Below the pieces are notes generated by a model that was not told the DNA's origin, did no database searches, and saw only the letters and a program-made list of their open reading frames with translations. Both the position numbers and the translations under genes were made by a program. From Nemertoderma westbladi (taxonomy: Eukaryota > Animalia > Xenacoelomorpha): a DNA stretch of 64,000 bases. Of the stretch, positions 21,683 to 36,021 are shown one piece after another; the first letter of the stretch is position 1, and each line of letters starts with the position of its first letter. The stretch covers positions 13,229 through 77,228 of the forward strand of contig JAUCBJ010000727.1 in NCBI GenBank assembly GCA_032718475.1, in the 5' to 3' direction.

Positions 21683-23589
21683 CTGGAACAATAAGAAAAT
21701 TCGTATGTTACAACGAAGCCCAAAGTAATATGCGATTGTATTGTGCAGAACTGAGAACATGAAAAACCGAGCAATCGCATAATATTCCAAACAATAGGAA
21801 CAACTTTGTATACGGAATAGTTTCAACTCATATAAAGTTGTTGTTGATTTGGCTCGACTGGTTCGTCTAATTAACTCTCCAGAGAGAAAGGGGAATCTGT
21901 CAAATAATCCTGGCGAAATCCAACTCTGGTGAAATCGCTTGCGATAAGGCCGAACCTACTCCAATTTGGTTAATTTTCATTTTCTAGTAATTTTTCGGGT
22001 GTCCAGTTGCCTTTGCGGTTATAAACTCAAAATTTAGTGCTTGCGAAAGTATCTGTCAAGTCGAGCAGATAGCATTGAAGTAGCTTGACAGATTGGCGAT
22101 AGCGTTCAACTAAGTTTATCTCATTTTCCCGTATGCGATGTTACTATTCACATTGCGAGATAGGGGAAGTTAGTTCCGACAGATTGCTTGGGTCGGTGCT
22201 GCTGCCTCATTCCGGGTGATTCAATGCATGTCTGTAAGCATTCAGCTTAATTACCTAAAGCAAGATGCTATCAGAGAAGGTGCCGGGAAATAAAGTCAGG
22301 GGATATTGGGGAGTCTAAAGTTGTACACAACTTACTTACATGGATAAAATGAATGATTGAATTGGAATTATTATCGTTAAATAATGTAATTAATTAGTGC
22401 AGAACTTGGAGGTGAATAAGGGGGATCTTTTAATTAAATATTTAATACGATCTTGTTGCATTTAGCTATCCACACCCCCACGCATCCCCCCACTACAATT
22501 TATGTTTCATCTTTTTAATTCAATTTTGATTATAGACAGTGGGAGTAGAACTTATAAACTCTGAGTTATAAAACTAAGTTGTATGTCTACATTCGGGGAT
22601 AATTAGTAATTAAAACAATAAGAGGCGGCAATTAATACAAGTAATTGGGATTCCAACTAAACATTATATCACGCATCAATATTTCTCAGCTCTCAAAATC
22701 AACAACTCTTAATATTAATAACTCATCGAAGGCCTACTCCAATGTCTTTTTATTTGGTTTGACTTAACGACTATGTCAGATGTCAATCATTATTATTACT
22801 ATAATAATGATATGCATTATGCAAACACATTATTTTTGTTAACGAGCGTCCAAATCCCGAACAACGAGTTTTTGTATATTAATACCATTGTACTAGCTCT
22901 AGGCGGCTTCACCCAAGAAATTATCAGACAGGGCCCCATTATGTAATATTCGCGAGGTAATTAAATATTACAGCAGTGCAATTTGCAGTGTGGATGGAGC
23001 ACCAAATTTCTGAATAACGAGTTTATATATGGTGGCTGAACCCACAAAACTGTCAGATTGGGACTCATAATAAAATATTAGCTAATTATAAAATCATAGC
23101 AATTCACCATTCGCACCTTGCAAAAGCACCCACCATATGTCTGCCTGCACACAAAGGCTCCCGAGATGAAAAGAATTAGCATAAAATTATCTACCGTACA
23201 TCCATAAATAAGCAAGACGGGATTAATAATTACTAATACCCTATGTTAAGGAAGAAAGGTATATGTGGAAGTCGGTTGTTTACAGGGAGTAACTTTATAA
23301 TAACAAGGTATTGCTATTATAACTATTTCTCACTCGATCTATACTATAGTTACTGTGGAAGATCAACGCGTTCCTTGTAATACTTAAGTATTAAGTACCA
23401 TTTTTGGGACACCTATGATAATTTTGAGTTGAGTTTAAGAAACTTTCACTTTGTCGAATATAACACCATTTAGAAGTAACTAAATGGTATAATAAAGTAA
23501 CAATAACACCAATACCCGGGGAGGGTTAAATCAAAGTCTAGGACTTAGACCATTTTGACCTTTCGACTTTTAGCAAACAAACATCAAGA

Positions 23590-23850
23590 GAAATGAGAGC
23601 CGTGACGGATAATTCTTGGTGGTCAATGTTACCCAGGAACTGACCAGCCTGTGCAAGCGTGATCGTGTTCTATCGCGGCGGTAGGCGAAAGGAAATGTGA
23701 TGGTGGTAAACCATTTTATATTCCTGGGACGGACGTCTGCTTAAAGATGCTGGTCTTGATAATGTAGATGAATTTGGAATTTACATGGATGATGACGGCG
23801 GAAGTGTTTAGTTGTAGAGGCGGTAATGCATCATAATGGTGGCCGATGCA
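23590..23850 (+). mobile_element. Degenerate RTE-like LINE 3' fragment
   Basis: Reads ...GGQCYPGTDQPV... and LLKDAGLDNVDEFGIYMDD, similar to the C-terminus of the RTE element at about 25780-25860 (ILKDTGLEYADDLANVMGDR). Confidence 0.45.
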
Positions 23851-24477
23851 TGTATGTAACTCTGTGGAACCGTCAACACCGAAGAATCCATCGTTGGCAG
23901 GGATCATCTTTAGGCCCATTCATCGGCATTCATGTTTGGTATGCAAGAGTGGCATTCAGAGAGCATGATAAATCCTCGGTTATAAGTTATATATGTCGAC
24001 TTACAAAAAAATATCAAGGACTTCTTACATAGGGCACATGTATCTATCTACCAACAAAATTCTTTCAATCAATAATTATATCAATAATGGCATAGGGTTT
24101 GGATAAGTGTAAGGGTTGATGGATCCATTGCGATAGTGGGGAGGATACGCTATCAAATAATGGATCTGAGCTTACGGCTCATACTCATAAGTGGTGTGCA
24201 TCTTGATATCGTATTTAGTACACACGCGACATAAATAAAACATACCCTAGCCACCAATTATTATACACACACGCATGCAATATAAGCCTAGCGCAGGTCT
24301 TTATACTTTAGTTTGATAATATGAATAAGCCCGAGGGTATTTACCAGTTATCTACTAGTCTCGGCTAAGTGATTACTTATTTTGTAGTTGTTAAAGGTGG
24401 ATTCACAGCAGTTAGCATAAAGTATGGGTTTGAGTGATACTGCATTCACACCATCTATCTATCACAAAGCAAAAAGT

Positions 24478-24631
24478 AAAGTGAATAGCACAAACTCAGG
24501 TGATCACATGAAATACTAAAATTTAAAGTGAATAGCACAAACTCAGGTGATCACATGAAATACTAAAATTTAAAGTGAATAGCACAAACTCAGGTGATCA
24601 CATGAAATACTAAAATTTAAAGTGAATAGCA
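24478..24631. repeat. 47-bp tandem repeat, about 3.3 copies, subterminal in the Harbinger element
   Basis: Unit AAAGTGAATAGCACAAACTCAGGTGATCACATGAAATACTAAAATTT. Confidence 0.9.
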
Positions 24632-24979
24632 TGAAATCTGAAAGCATAAACTTAATTCAGGTGATCACCTCAGTCGTGCGATTCACCTGAAATAGAGCTG
24701 GTAGCAGATAGTAGGAGCAATATATTTTTCTTTCAGGTGAACTGAGATTCTAGGCTCGTGATTGGTTCCCATTATTTACACCAGACCTGGGGGGAATGTT
24801 CAATTATTGCATGGTGTGTATTTTCCTATTTATTTTTATAAACTATAATACTGGTATTAGGCCTACTTTGTACACTGTGCAATATAGCAATTAGCAATGC
24901 AAGTCATAGGGATAGGTACCACATTGCGATAAATAAACGTAAGCAATAGTGCGATGATTCTTGGCTGCCATGGGAACCG

Positions 24980-25688
24980 CTTGTTGTAGAAATACAGAGC
25001 TATCCAATACCCTATGACCAATCTTTAAAAAAAATCTTTAAAAAAAAAATATCTTTAAAAAAAAATCTTTAAAAACTGCCGCGCTAAGGATGAAGTTTGG
25101 GCGCAACTAGCTCAACAACTTAAAGATGAACCTGGTTGGTCATCGAGCTGGGAAGTTTTAAAGGCTAAAGGGAGCAAGGGGGGTGGATTTCGGGATCGTT
25201 ACATGAAAGATAAGGCGAAGGGAAAAAGAACTGTGAAATCAGGGACAAGTACCAAGGAAGTTTATGTTAGCGATTGGGGTTTGATGGGGCCTTGTTCTTT
25301 TCTGGGGGAAAAATTTAATCATAGGAAGACATCAGGATATCTGTCCAGTGACGATCCTCACAGTGAAGGGAGCAGTAAGGAAGACCTTTCGGTATTGGAA
25401 GAGATTGTCCCGCCAGCGGAAGTGGCTACTCCGCCCTATGAAGATAGAGCGACCACATCGTCTGGGAGCAAGTGTGTTCGTAAAAAACACAAGAAAAACT
25501 CAAGTGTTAAGGAGATTGAACTCCACGAGGTAATTAAGGGAAAATTGGTGGAAGGGACAAGCTCCAAACATTTTCGGGAAACGTGTTGCTTCAAAGTGCC
25601 GTGCCTTATCAGCTATAAAAAAAATAGGAGAAATTTATTCGTTATTAACCAAGGCCCATCTGGCAGATATGGCAGTGAAGGCTACTAA
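24980..25688 (+). pseudogene. Harbinger MADF/Myb-SANT-like DNA-binding protein remnant
   Basis: EIQSYPIPYDQSLK...KDEVWAQLAQQL...FRDRYMKD...KSGTSTKEVYVSDWGLMGPCSFL; disrupted by triplicated ATCTTTAAAAAA and frameshifts. Confidence 0.7.
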
Positions 25689-25707
25689 TACTACTGGTAT
25701 CCTAACC

Positions 25708-28700
25708 ACTACTACTACTACTAGGATCGGCATGCTGCATTGCAGCTGCATTTTTAAGAATGCTGTGCCGGCTTGTCGACAAAATTGCGCCACCACAACT
25801 CCCTATCACCCATGACATTTGCTAGATCATCCGCATATTCAAGGCCAGTATCCTTTAAGATGCGTCGTCCTTCAAAGTGGAGGCGGCTTTGTTCTAGTGT
25901 CAAGCTTGGGGGAACCAATGAGACATCTCTAATGTTATATAGTATAAAACAACAGGATATCAGTTAGAAAAAATCTGGAGCTCTTATAACGCCTGTTCGT
26001 ATATTAATATACTTAAATGTTACTAGTTACTTACATCAACCATCACCGCTACCGACCAATCAATTTCACCCCTCGGGACATCTTCAGGGTCATAGGTACC
26101 CGCCACAAAAATATACAAAATATAAAAATATAAAAACAACTAAACTAACGCTAAAAAACTACACACCCGTATAAGCCTACTACATACAGACATGATACAC
26201 CAGACAACCCCCATGTAGTTCGGGGCTACATACTGACATAAGTACATAAGTAGCGAACCGTGCCACCTAACACTGTCTGATTGTTATGTGAATGTATGTT
26301 ATAGTTATGTTATATATACTATATATGTTATATAGTGTCTGGTTGGAGATGTGTGCATTGTACTTGACACAGTGAACCCGGCGTAGCATTTTTGTTAATG
26401 TGCCATCCAGAGATTTGGTGTTCTCAACAGTTAGAGCCCAGCATGGACTCCCATAGATAAGTACTGGAACTACTGCTGCTCTAAATAATCGGACCTTAAG
26501 TTTCCGATTAATTCTCTGTGACTTCCAAATCCTGGAAAGCTTTTTCAAGGCTGCCCATGCCTATCCCTTACGTATTCGAAGTCTCACTGACTTCCATATC
26601 CATGATCCCAGGTAACAGAAGTCGTCCACATGCTCAAGCATACCATCCTTTGAGCTTATGCTCATCCGGTCAGAGACTTGCTGATGACTTTCAAAGTTAA
26701 CTGTCTAAATTTTGGTATTTTTGGAGTTAATAAAAAGACCAATATTATACTAGAAGCAGCATGTTATAATGAGCTGAGGATCCGTTGGGCTCCCTCTAGT
26801 GATTCTGAGAGTTCTCCTAAGTCATCAGCAACATGCGTAGAACATAGTCAACCACAATTATGAACAAGAATGGTGCAAGTGTGTCTCCCTGGAAGACTCC
26901 CCATAACACTTCAAATGGTTCTGTGTCACCGTCAACAGTAGACACAAATGTTGTCTAACCATGGTATACTGATCGGATTACTGCTATAATTTAATCAGGA
27001 ATCCCATATAATGAAAGTATACTGAACATACGTGAGCGAGAGACTGAATCAAATGCCTTGGAGAAGTCAACAAAGATAACAGTTTTTTATAATTCTTAAA
27101 TTATCCTTCTAAGTGCCAAAATGGGCTCCATGGACCCAACTACCTTTACGGGACCCATTCTGATTTCCACGAAGCAGCCTCTCAATGGGATCCCTGATGC
27201 GAGTTAATATAATTCTATTGTATAGCTTTGCAGCAATCGAGATCAATGAGATTCTCCGAAAAGAACCATAGAGTGTTAGGTTGCCCTTCTTGGGAACTGG
27301 CACCAACTTCATTCAGAACTTCATTTCTTGTGGGACTCTTGTTGTTCGGTACATGTCTACTATGATGGGATAGATGAGCTTTAAACACTCAGGTATTTTA
27401 AAGACCTCAGGGGGAACACCATCTACTGCACTGGCACGATTGGTGTAAATGCTCTTTGCAGCAGCCTTCACTTCTGCAAAGGATATATTGCCAATGGAAT
27501 AGCTGGGAGTACAGACTCAGACACTAATATTTCTATAAAGTTATCGGGCAATACCCTGTTATTATTGAGGAGCTTTTCAAAGTGAGCCTTCCAACCATTG
27601 AGGCGATCGGCTAGTGATTCTACCTTAACCTTGGTGATTGGTTGGCTTTTCCGCCCAGTAAGCAAGTTGATCGATTTCCATGCCTGGGATGATAGCCTGC
27701 TGTCGTCGGCATCAATAATGGCATCAACCTGTTGGTTTATTAGCTCCTGTAGATTAACAGAGTACTGCTTGTTCAGGGACCTAGGTGCAGCCTTAACTGC
27801 ATTCTTGGCCGCTGTAGTCTGTTTGAGACGGGACTCATTCTGCGTATTATAGAGGTTATTTCAGCACTTCTGAATTTTGTTGTCAGTCTAGGGGGCCCTT
27901 TTCCTGTTTCGAGGGTATACAGGAACTGTTTCTGCAGCTGCTAACTTAACTGCTTCTGTGAAGGCAGTATAGCCCTCGCAGTGATCTGCTGCCTCAGAGG
28001 CAAGAACCTCATACCTGTTGCTCAGCTGTAGTGGGAAGCTGGATCTCACACTTGGCTGTTGCAACAGAGAGGACCAGTCATGCCGTGGCAAGGCATATTT
28101 CGTTGTTGTGCTAGCTCGCAGACTAAGTCTTACCTTGGCACAATAAGGCGGAGATCAATGGAGAAGGATCGAAGTGTAAATGCATTACAGTCTTGTATAC
28201 AGCTCCTGTATTTCCTACGAAACAGAATATGGTCTATCTGGGAATTGTGACCACTGGGTCCACTATGAGTCCATAGCTTTCCAGTTCGCTTCTTGAACTG
28301 GGTTCCAATTCCAAACAATCCATTTCCAGAGATGAAATCCTGAAGATGGACGGAATTTCGGTTAACACTATCGCTATAGACCCAGGGCTATGTAGGTGAT
28401 TGATGCAGACTTGCATTAATTAAAGTCTTCCAGGAATGTTAAGAATGCATGCTCATCCACTCCATCAGTAGCTGCTTGAAGATTGTGGTAGAAATTTTCC
28501 ACCTCCTCTACAGGGGCAACACTAGTTGGAGAGTAGCACACAATCAGAACCACCTTAGGAAACTTCTTAGCCAGTCTTCCAGAACATGAGAAATGGCAAC
28601 GGATGATGCGGTTAGACATTAGGTTTTTTTTGTCCAATGTTGCATGTGCAGTTGGATTCACCAATCGACCAATTCCAACAATGCCATTAACATCTGCTGA

Positions 28701-29560
28701 TGCGAGGGCGAGTCGCCAACCACCCCCCATGTCCTTAATCAGAACCTCATCAGTCTGTCCAGTCTGCATTCCGTGCTCTTGAATACCCACTGCTCTAAGA
28801 GAACGCTTATCCGCTTATCTTGTCACATTGGGGACACGAGTGTTAGGGTGTGTTAACTGAGACTAGTCGGGTGACTTGCCTCAGATTCGCCAGTGGCTTG
28901 GTTGGTCGGGGTGGAACATGAGAGTAGCCTCCAACTCCAGAATGCCCCCCCCCCCCCCCCTCACCCAGGGTTTGGGCCAGAAAGGTCATGAGGAACGGGA
29001 CTCACAGAATTGTTGGCCGCTCTCTCTCTCCAGTAGGGGGTAAGACAGGCAGCCGGTCAGGAGATAACTGACGTCTGTGAGGCCAATTGTGTCCGGTAAT
29101 TCCACTGGCCTCAAGTAGTCGGACCTCCGCATTACTAATGTAATCCATAGTGGGGGTTGGGGGGTGCTTTTTTGCCGAGTCAGCTCTCGTGGCAAATACC
29201 ACAACCGGGTTGGCCATTCCACAGGGTGGGTGTCGCAGTGGAGTCAGATATGAGGCCCATCACCAATACCTACTCTGACGCACATGACCCACCATTGCCC
29301 TTGAAGCTCATCTGGTGGGCCATGCCCTGTACCCCTGCTGCCAGGTGCAGGTCGCAGTAAAGTGCACTCAGAGTGTGGACATGAGAACACTCTACTCCTG
29401 ACCAGCCATTGGTAGATCACCATCTGCCTGGCCAGACCATATACCCATGCAGCCAAGTACCTGCAAGTCCTAACCAGCAAGTGTGTTAATACAACAAGCA
29501 GTGCCTTGCCTGTCAATCCCCCACTTTTATTGGCATAAGCCCATTCGCCCATGAGTAATG
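25708..29560 (-). mobile_element. Near full-length degenerate RTE-clade LINE (APE endonuclease and RT)
   Basis: GIQEH, CYSPTS, WTH...SQIDHIL, PVPKKGNL...RISLISIAAKLYNRI, FVDFSKAFDSVSR, GVFQGDTLAPFLF, VLIYGS.CW, C-terminal DRELW and a (TAG)n tail at 25708-25723; many stops and frameshifts; unrelated sequence at about 25940-26330; 5' boundary approximate. Confidence 0.88.
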
Positions 29561-29639
29561 AGCAGTTTCAGTTACCGGTAGAGGAAAATGAAATTTATTA
29601 TTGTTCAAATATACATGGCGGCAACATGTGGACATCTTA

Positions 29640-30180
29640 GCGAATTGTGGAACGTTGCCCCGGACTGAAGCTAGATCTGATAAGCACAAACAGCAGGAGT
29701 AACATAGTTTCGCGGTCAACCCCAAGTAGATGTTATTGTAGGTTAGACAGGCCCTCCCGTTGACGTATAAAATTATGTAGAACACAAGTTGTCTTTACTG
29801 CATTTGAAGCATTATATGGGTTCATATGCATTGTTCGAAAGTAAATACGCCATTTATGGGTCAGAATGCCAAAGGCGTTTTCTACAATTCTTCTAGCTCG
29901 GCTTAACCTGTAATTGTATCTGTGTCAATATATGATAGGTTTGATCCTGCATAAGGTCTCATGAGGCAAGAAGTCAGAGGAAAGCCTTCATCACTAACAA
30001 TTACATGAGGCATAAGGGTTCCTCCTGCAAACAATTCTTTTATCAGGTGGATGGTGCTGTCCAAATGCTGAATTCCTGAATACGCCACTATCATGTGTTC
30101 TCCAAGATTGTTCCTTTGAAGAAACAGCGGTTTCACCCAAATAGATGGCTTATTTTGGTTTCTTCGTCGTAAAATTATTG
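29640..30180 (-). pseudogene. HARBI1-like Harbinger transposase remnant (internal deletion)
   Basis: IWVKPLFLQRNNLGE joined almost directly to PHVIVSDEGFPLTSCLMRPYAG, then RARRIVENAFGILTHKWRIY and TCVLHNFIRQ. Confidence 0.82.
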
Positions 30181-31104
30181 TTGATGGGGGTTGACAATGC
30201 CAATACTGGTAGCCCTACCGCCAATTCTTTTCTAACGGCCATTAAAATTATAATAAGATACAATACTGTGTAAAGTTTGTCTCATGCTTTGTGGTGTGAA
30301 TGAACATTAAGCATGGGTCATGTGATCACCCGAGTGAAGTGAGTCGCACGATAATTTAAAGTGATCAGAAAGCAATTTTCATGAGATTCACTTAAACTCA
30401 TGCTTCATACTACCTGGTGTGAATCCACCTTTACCACAAAAGACGAACAAACATTCGTGTTTAAGTAAAGACAAGTAAGAAATATTATTCGATGTAGTGA
30501 GGGGAAGACTTTCCCTCAATACTCTACAATTGATCAACTGATTTATACATAATTCTATGGGAAGTATGATATCTTGTGCGACAGTAACTGTTCAGTTCAT
30601 AAGTTCTACTGTTTTATAAGTGTTTGGAGTTGAACAGGGACGCCAGTGTTATACAGAAGTTAGAACATGCTTCTTGGAATGACTGAGCGCATCGATGTGA
30701 TGGCATTCCAAGAATGAAGTTACTTAAATACGACCAGCAACCGACACTACCTGCCCCCCCATGCTCTCCATTTCAATCAGAACAATATATTGCTAATGGA
30801 TGTATACGTTGTACACAGCCATCAACGATTATGGCAGTCCAAGGTTAAGGGCTTTTCAACGTGTAACATAATTATAGATCGTGTCTTTGTTTGAAAGAAG
30901 TTGCTTTATTATAATGTAATGGTTAGTCCGCTACGACATGAGATATGTAGCAGTAATCTAATTGGTACAATACAATAGCGCGCGAATTAACCTTGAAGGG
31001 TCTCTATTCTTGATATATTCTTACGTCCTAAAAAAGTGTCATTCATAGTGGCGATCACCAGCCAATGCCGGTCAATTTATCGCAATAATATTCAATATTA
31101 AGTC

Positions 31105-31235
31105 TACTATACTATTACTACTACTATCGGGGCATCGGCATGCTACATTGCAGCTGCATTATTTATAGTACATATCTATTAAGAATGCTGTGCCGGCTTG
31201 TCGAAAAAATTGCGCCGCCACAACTCCCTATCACC
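31105..31235 (-). mobile_element. 5'-truncated 3'-end copy of the same RTE LINE
   Basis: Closely matches 25708-25810 (ATCGGCATGCT.CATTGCAGCTGCATT...AAGAATGCTGTGCCGGCTTGTCGA.AAAATTGCGCC.CCACAACTCCCTATCACC), with a degenerate (TAG)n tail. Confidence 0.8.
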
Positions 31236-34200
31236 TGTGTAGTCCCACGCGTTCAAAACGTTCGTTATAAGGCGGTGTATAGTTTATTAATCACGAATAA
31301 CGACATTAACGAAACGGATATTATCAACGAATAATATCAATATCAATAACGCAAAACGGAGTTTTACGTATAAGGGCATACCAGTTTACCAAAACCTAGG
31401 TAAACATAATGCAAACGTAATTTACCGAGTTAACAGTATTTGTTTATTGAAACGAATAACGATTTAGTTTATTAAAACTAATAACGAATTACCATTTACA
31501 AAAACGATCTAGCTTACCCAATCCTGGAGCTAAGAGCTAAGCTAGGAGTCGGTTCGAATATGAATATTTAAATAACGAAATAAACTACAAATTTATCACT
31601 ACTAAAACTAAAAACTTACATTCAAAGCTTTTATACTAAATAATTAACGCACTATAATAGTGTCACTAAAACGAGTGTCCAATCGCAGTAAAGGTTGTAT
31701 CTCATATTCGTATACAGTAGTTTAATGCCCTGTTTCTGACAGTTTTACAGTTATGTTTGTTTACTAAAGTTAATACTTGAGGGAAAATACCACATGCAAC
31801 TAGTTTCCGGTCATCAACCATTTCTAATTTCCTCGCATTCCATCCTTGACTTGAGAACAATTCTGACAGAAAGGTTGTTCGTGTTTTCTCGGGACATGGC
31901 GCATTGTACAAAATTACATATAATATCATAATAAACACCATTTAGAGCACAACAATTTAACTTTAAATATCCTTATATCACTGCTATCAAAGCTAACCTA
32001 CCAAAGTATTACAACATATTTCGGGTAAATGGTATATTTCATGCGACATATGAGCTGATCTCCACCCGCAGCTATGAAAAAAACATCAGTGATGTTTGAC
32101 CTACCATGTGAAGGATACAAGGTTGTCACTTTTCGATCGACGTTTTATAGGGATTTTATATATAAAGAATTTGTATTTTGTAATTTCTCCATTATGCTTT
32201 AAAAGTGCTATTTTTTTCATACAAATAATTGTGCATGTTTTCAGTGAAAATGTATGGCATTCTTCACATTATGGTAAACTGCAAAGTGAAATCCAAGTGA
32301 AAGTCTGGTATTTACATGGTCCAAGGAAATGCTCCAGAGTCAAACCAAAGTTAATAAGTTAATAATATTAGCATTATTATAATCACCAAAAATCTCGTTT
32401 ACATGGTTGGCCGGTTTCATTACGAATTTTAATGCAGCTGTCGCTTCTCCTCTTCCGACAGGATAATTGAAATTGGATTTATTTAAAAGAATAATCGTGT
32501 GATTTGTACGACGTGAGGTAGGCCGGTTTACCAAACAACGATGCTTGTCTCCGGTTCAACTACTTCCCTCAGGATACGAGATCCACTTAAAACAACCGAC
32601 ATATGTTAATCGACAACAGACGAGACCATGAGTGGGCTCAAGCAAACGCAAACCGTGATACGTTATATGATCAATTTAACTGATGATATACGCATAATCC
32701 AGAATGCCTTATCGTATACAATAAACGCAATGGGCTGGGGTTCTTTTATTACTATTTTCGAATTTTCACCCAACTATTTGATTAATAAAGGATTTGCACC
32801 TACCTACAAACACCATTAAAATAACGTGCCACCGTAACCTGCTCCTTTCCCTAAATTGCGAATTTAACATTGAGGCGGGATATTAATTCGCCAAGATGGG
32901 ATTTGCGTCCAGTTCCCCCCCCCCCCCCCCCCCCCGTCACAAAAATTAATGTTCCTTATTTTCGATTCGATGTCACTATATTGCACAAGATGGATTCGAT
33001 TCTGGACTCGACATTTTTAGATTATAGTAATTCTCCAACATAATGGAAACAATTCTTCTTCTTTGATATAGTATACTGGTACTGTACAATTCAATTTGGA
33101 TTAGTAGATTCACGTTATGTTTAAGCAGTAATTGTAAAAATGTTGCAGTGAAATTTGGTATTTGTATGTCAAATCACCAAATATGATACATATTCATCAA
33201 AAAGCCAACATATACACGGAACATGGCTGTGCGGATTCGGTGACCGAAAACAAAAGTGAATTCGGTTTTGGTGAACAAAAAAGTTTCTGATATCGTATAC
33301 ACTATCACACAACCAGCTCTATCACTCGAACTATACAATGCCTTACACGCTCTTCTATGGTGCACGACTTTGTATAATATTCGGGATACTTCAAATTTCA
33401 AAGAACCGAGGTACCTTGACTTCCATAAGTTGTTGTGAACGAAGTACGAATAGTAAAATACCCAAGCAATATATATATATTTGAGTGTAAATACTTATAT
33501 AAGTGGGGTGTGGCTGCCTCCCATATTATTATTAGCACAGTCGCGTCTGAGCCGTTCCCCGAAGAATTGTCATAGAAATCTCTAAACTTCAGGGACTACT
33601 GAATCACATCGAGTGTAGCAACCGGAACGGGACTTACACCCAATCCAGAGGAACACGTGTTACCCGCGCACAATTCAATAAAGAAAGACCGCCATAAAAA
33701 CTGATCCTACGGACGTTGGACCTTATGTTCAATTTCCTCAAAAATATTGTCAGCAAATCGATAATAAAAAAAAATCTACCCTGGTATTGATTTCGGGATG
33801 CCGGTGAGTTGAAACGATCGATGTGCGAGTGATGGGAGGGACCTGCAGACAGGCCTATCTACTCGTAGTGGAATACGTGCCTATCAATTCTATCTCTTTA
33901 GATCTAATCCAGGTGGGGCTTGCCCTGGGCATCGCAAATAACATGTGGCAAATCCACTTGAATGAACCATTGCGCGACCCAATATGTCATGTACCGGTAC
34001 CTATCTACTATTTGTTTGTCTCTTGCCGCCACTAAACTGTGCTACATGAAGATTTAAATTTTGAATGACTAGTTTTACAATAAAACTGTCAGAAAAATTA
34101 GGAAACACAAATGTGCAACTCAGACGTTGGAAATTATAAGAATATCATATCATGGTTCTGAATTCATAAAAACCACCTGTACAAATAATATAACTTAATA

Positions 34201-36021
34201 CGCAGAATAATGCGACAAATATACACTCCACGACTCCACCTGCTGTATGGTGGCGGCATTGGAGATATAAATTGTAGACATTGTCAACCACAGGAAGTCT
34301 TTATTCCATGACAACAAGTCATTAAAAGTTTTTAGAATTGCAACCTGAAAAATCCTGTAATTTCGCCAATTCATGAACTTATCAGCAGCAGACCCAGACG
34401 TTTACATTATGCTCAATAAAACGCAACAGTGTTAAAAATGTGTCAAAAGAGCCTGCTTTGGGGCGTATAGAGACATACATAAACGTTATACTGGCTGTGT
34501 GTACCAGTGTTGCAATTATAATTGAGCTTATCTTGGATTATGACTAGCAGTACAACATTTTATGCCATTCTGGGAGTATAGCAGGCAAACTTAACTCGTT
34601 TGATTGAGAATTACCTGCAGTATTTAGGGTGCAGTCAAGCATAAATCTAGGATTCTGGATAAAAAATTGAGATTCCGAAAATAGCCAAGATGGTAAGTAA
34701 TAATATTGATTTTGTAAGTGAGATCGATAGTACACCGAATATTTACTCATGTGAACCGATGACCCATTAACCCGTAAGTAATTTCAGTTTAATGAAAGCG
34801 GTAAAGCAAATCTATGATATAATGTTAATTTCACGCTTCTTTCAGAAAATAAATACAAAAATCGTCCAATATTGCTCCGTATCTGAACACATAATTATAA
34901 TATGAACAAAAGACGAAAAAGAAAAGGTCATTTCACGCTTCTATAGCTGAACAAAAAATATCATCTAAATGAATGGAAGGGAGCAGAGAATCAAGCCATG
35001 ACAGAGAGAGGTGGAGTAGAGATTGCGGGATCCTCTTGTATTCGTGAAGAAATGAATTCATTTGAAGAATGGAAGAGGCAATAGTCTGAGTGACTGAGTG
35101 AAATGGTTGTGATGCCCAAGGGAGCCGTAGAGAAGCAGCAATTTAATTACTGAGAGGGGAAAGCAATGCATGTCTTAGCGCGTTAAATTGGATTGCTTGT
35201 GAACAAACGTAAAGCTAAGTAGGAGATGACCGTAGCAATGCCAGATAGCGCAATGCCAAATGCAAGTCAGTGCAACTTGGCTATCATAAATTGAAAATCT
35301 GGCTCGCATTCACTCGCAGCAGATTCAGTGCGCCACAGTGAGTGAAATCTTATATAAACGTAATTAGTCACTGTGACTATGTAAACAGAATAACCGTATG
35401 ATTATATTTATGACCACATGATAGTCGGTGAGGGAACTCCTCCGGCAAACGTCACCAGAGGGATATCTTTCGTCGAGTGGGTGAGATGTTCGAAAGACCC
35501 TTATACGATTCCACAGAGGCACTCTCTAGTAGAAATGGCTACCTCCCTTCCCACATGACTTCCGGTTTCGCTCAGGGAACCTGCCGTCGGTCCAACGAGT
35601 GGCCTGTCGAGGATGTGTGTTGGACCCCGCAAGCAGTGTAATAAATAAGAGGGTTCTTGTTGACTTGTAATATAATGAATGGCATTTACTAGATAATATT
35701 GTATCACCAAGAATGCTATTGCACGTACGGTGCGAAGTAGCGTAATCACCAATAATACAATATAAGTTACAGTAATAACACGTTCGTGGGGCCTTCGCGC
35801 AGCACGAGGCCCAGTTATGAGATACAAATTAAAATTGAGCGACTGTATCACAAAATCAGGTTTTGAAAAATTTACCCACACCACCAATCAATCAAAGAAA
35901 GGGGGACAGTACGTGTTCACCCCTTTTAATCCCCCCCCCCACCCTTCCCAACCACCAATACATAACCGCGACATCTACCACCCACGGAAGGGTAGCACGA
36001 ACTTATTTTCAATCGCACGTT

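Larger units (their letters stand above)
24395..30430. mobile_element. Internally deleted PIF/Harbinger transposon (MADF gene and HARBI1-like transposase remnants) interrupted by an RTE LINE
   Basis: Imperfect TIRs AGGTGGATTCACA.CAG.TAG.AT.AAG.ATG.GTTT at 24395 and reverse complement ending 30430; TWA-type flanks (TAA left, TTA right); both Harbinger genes present and convergent. Confidence 0.8.
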
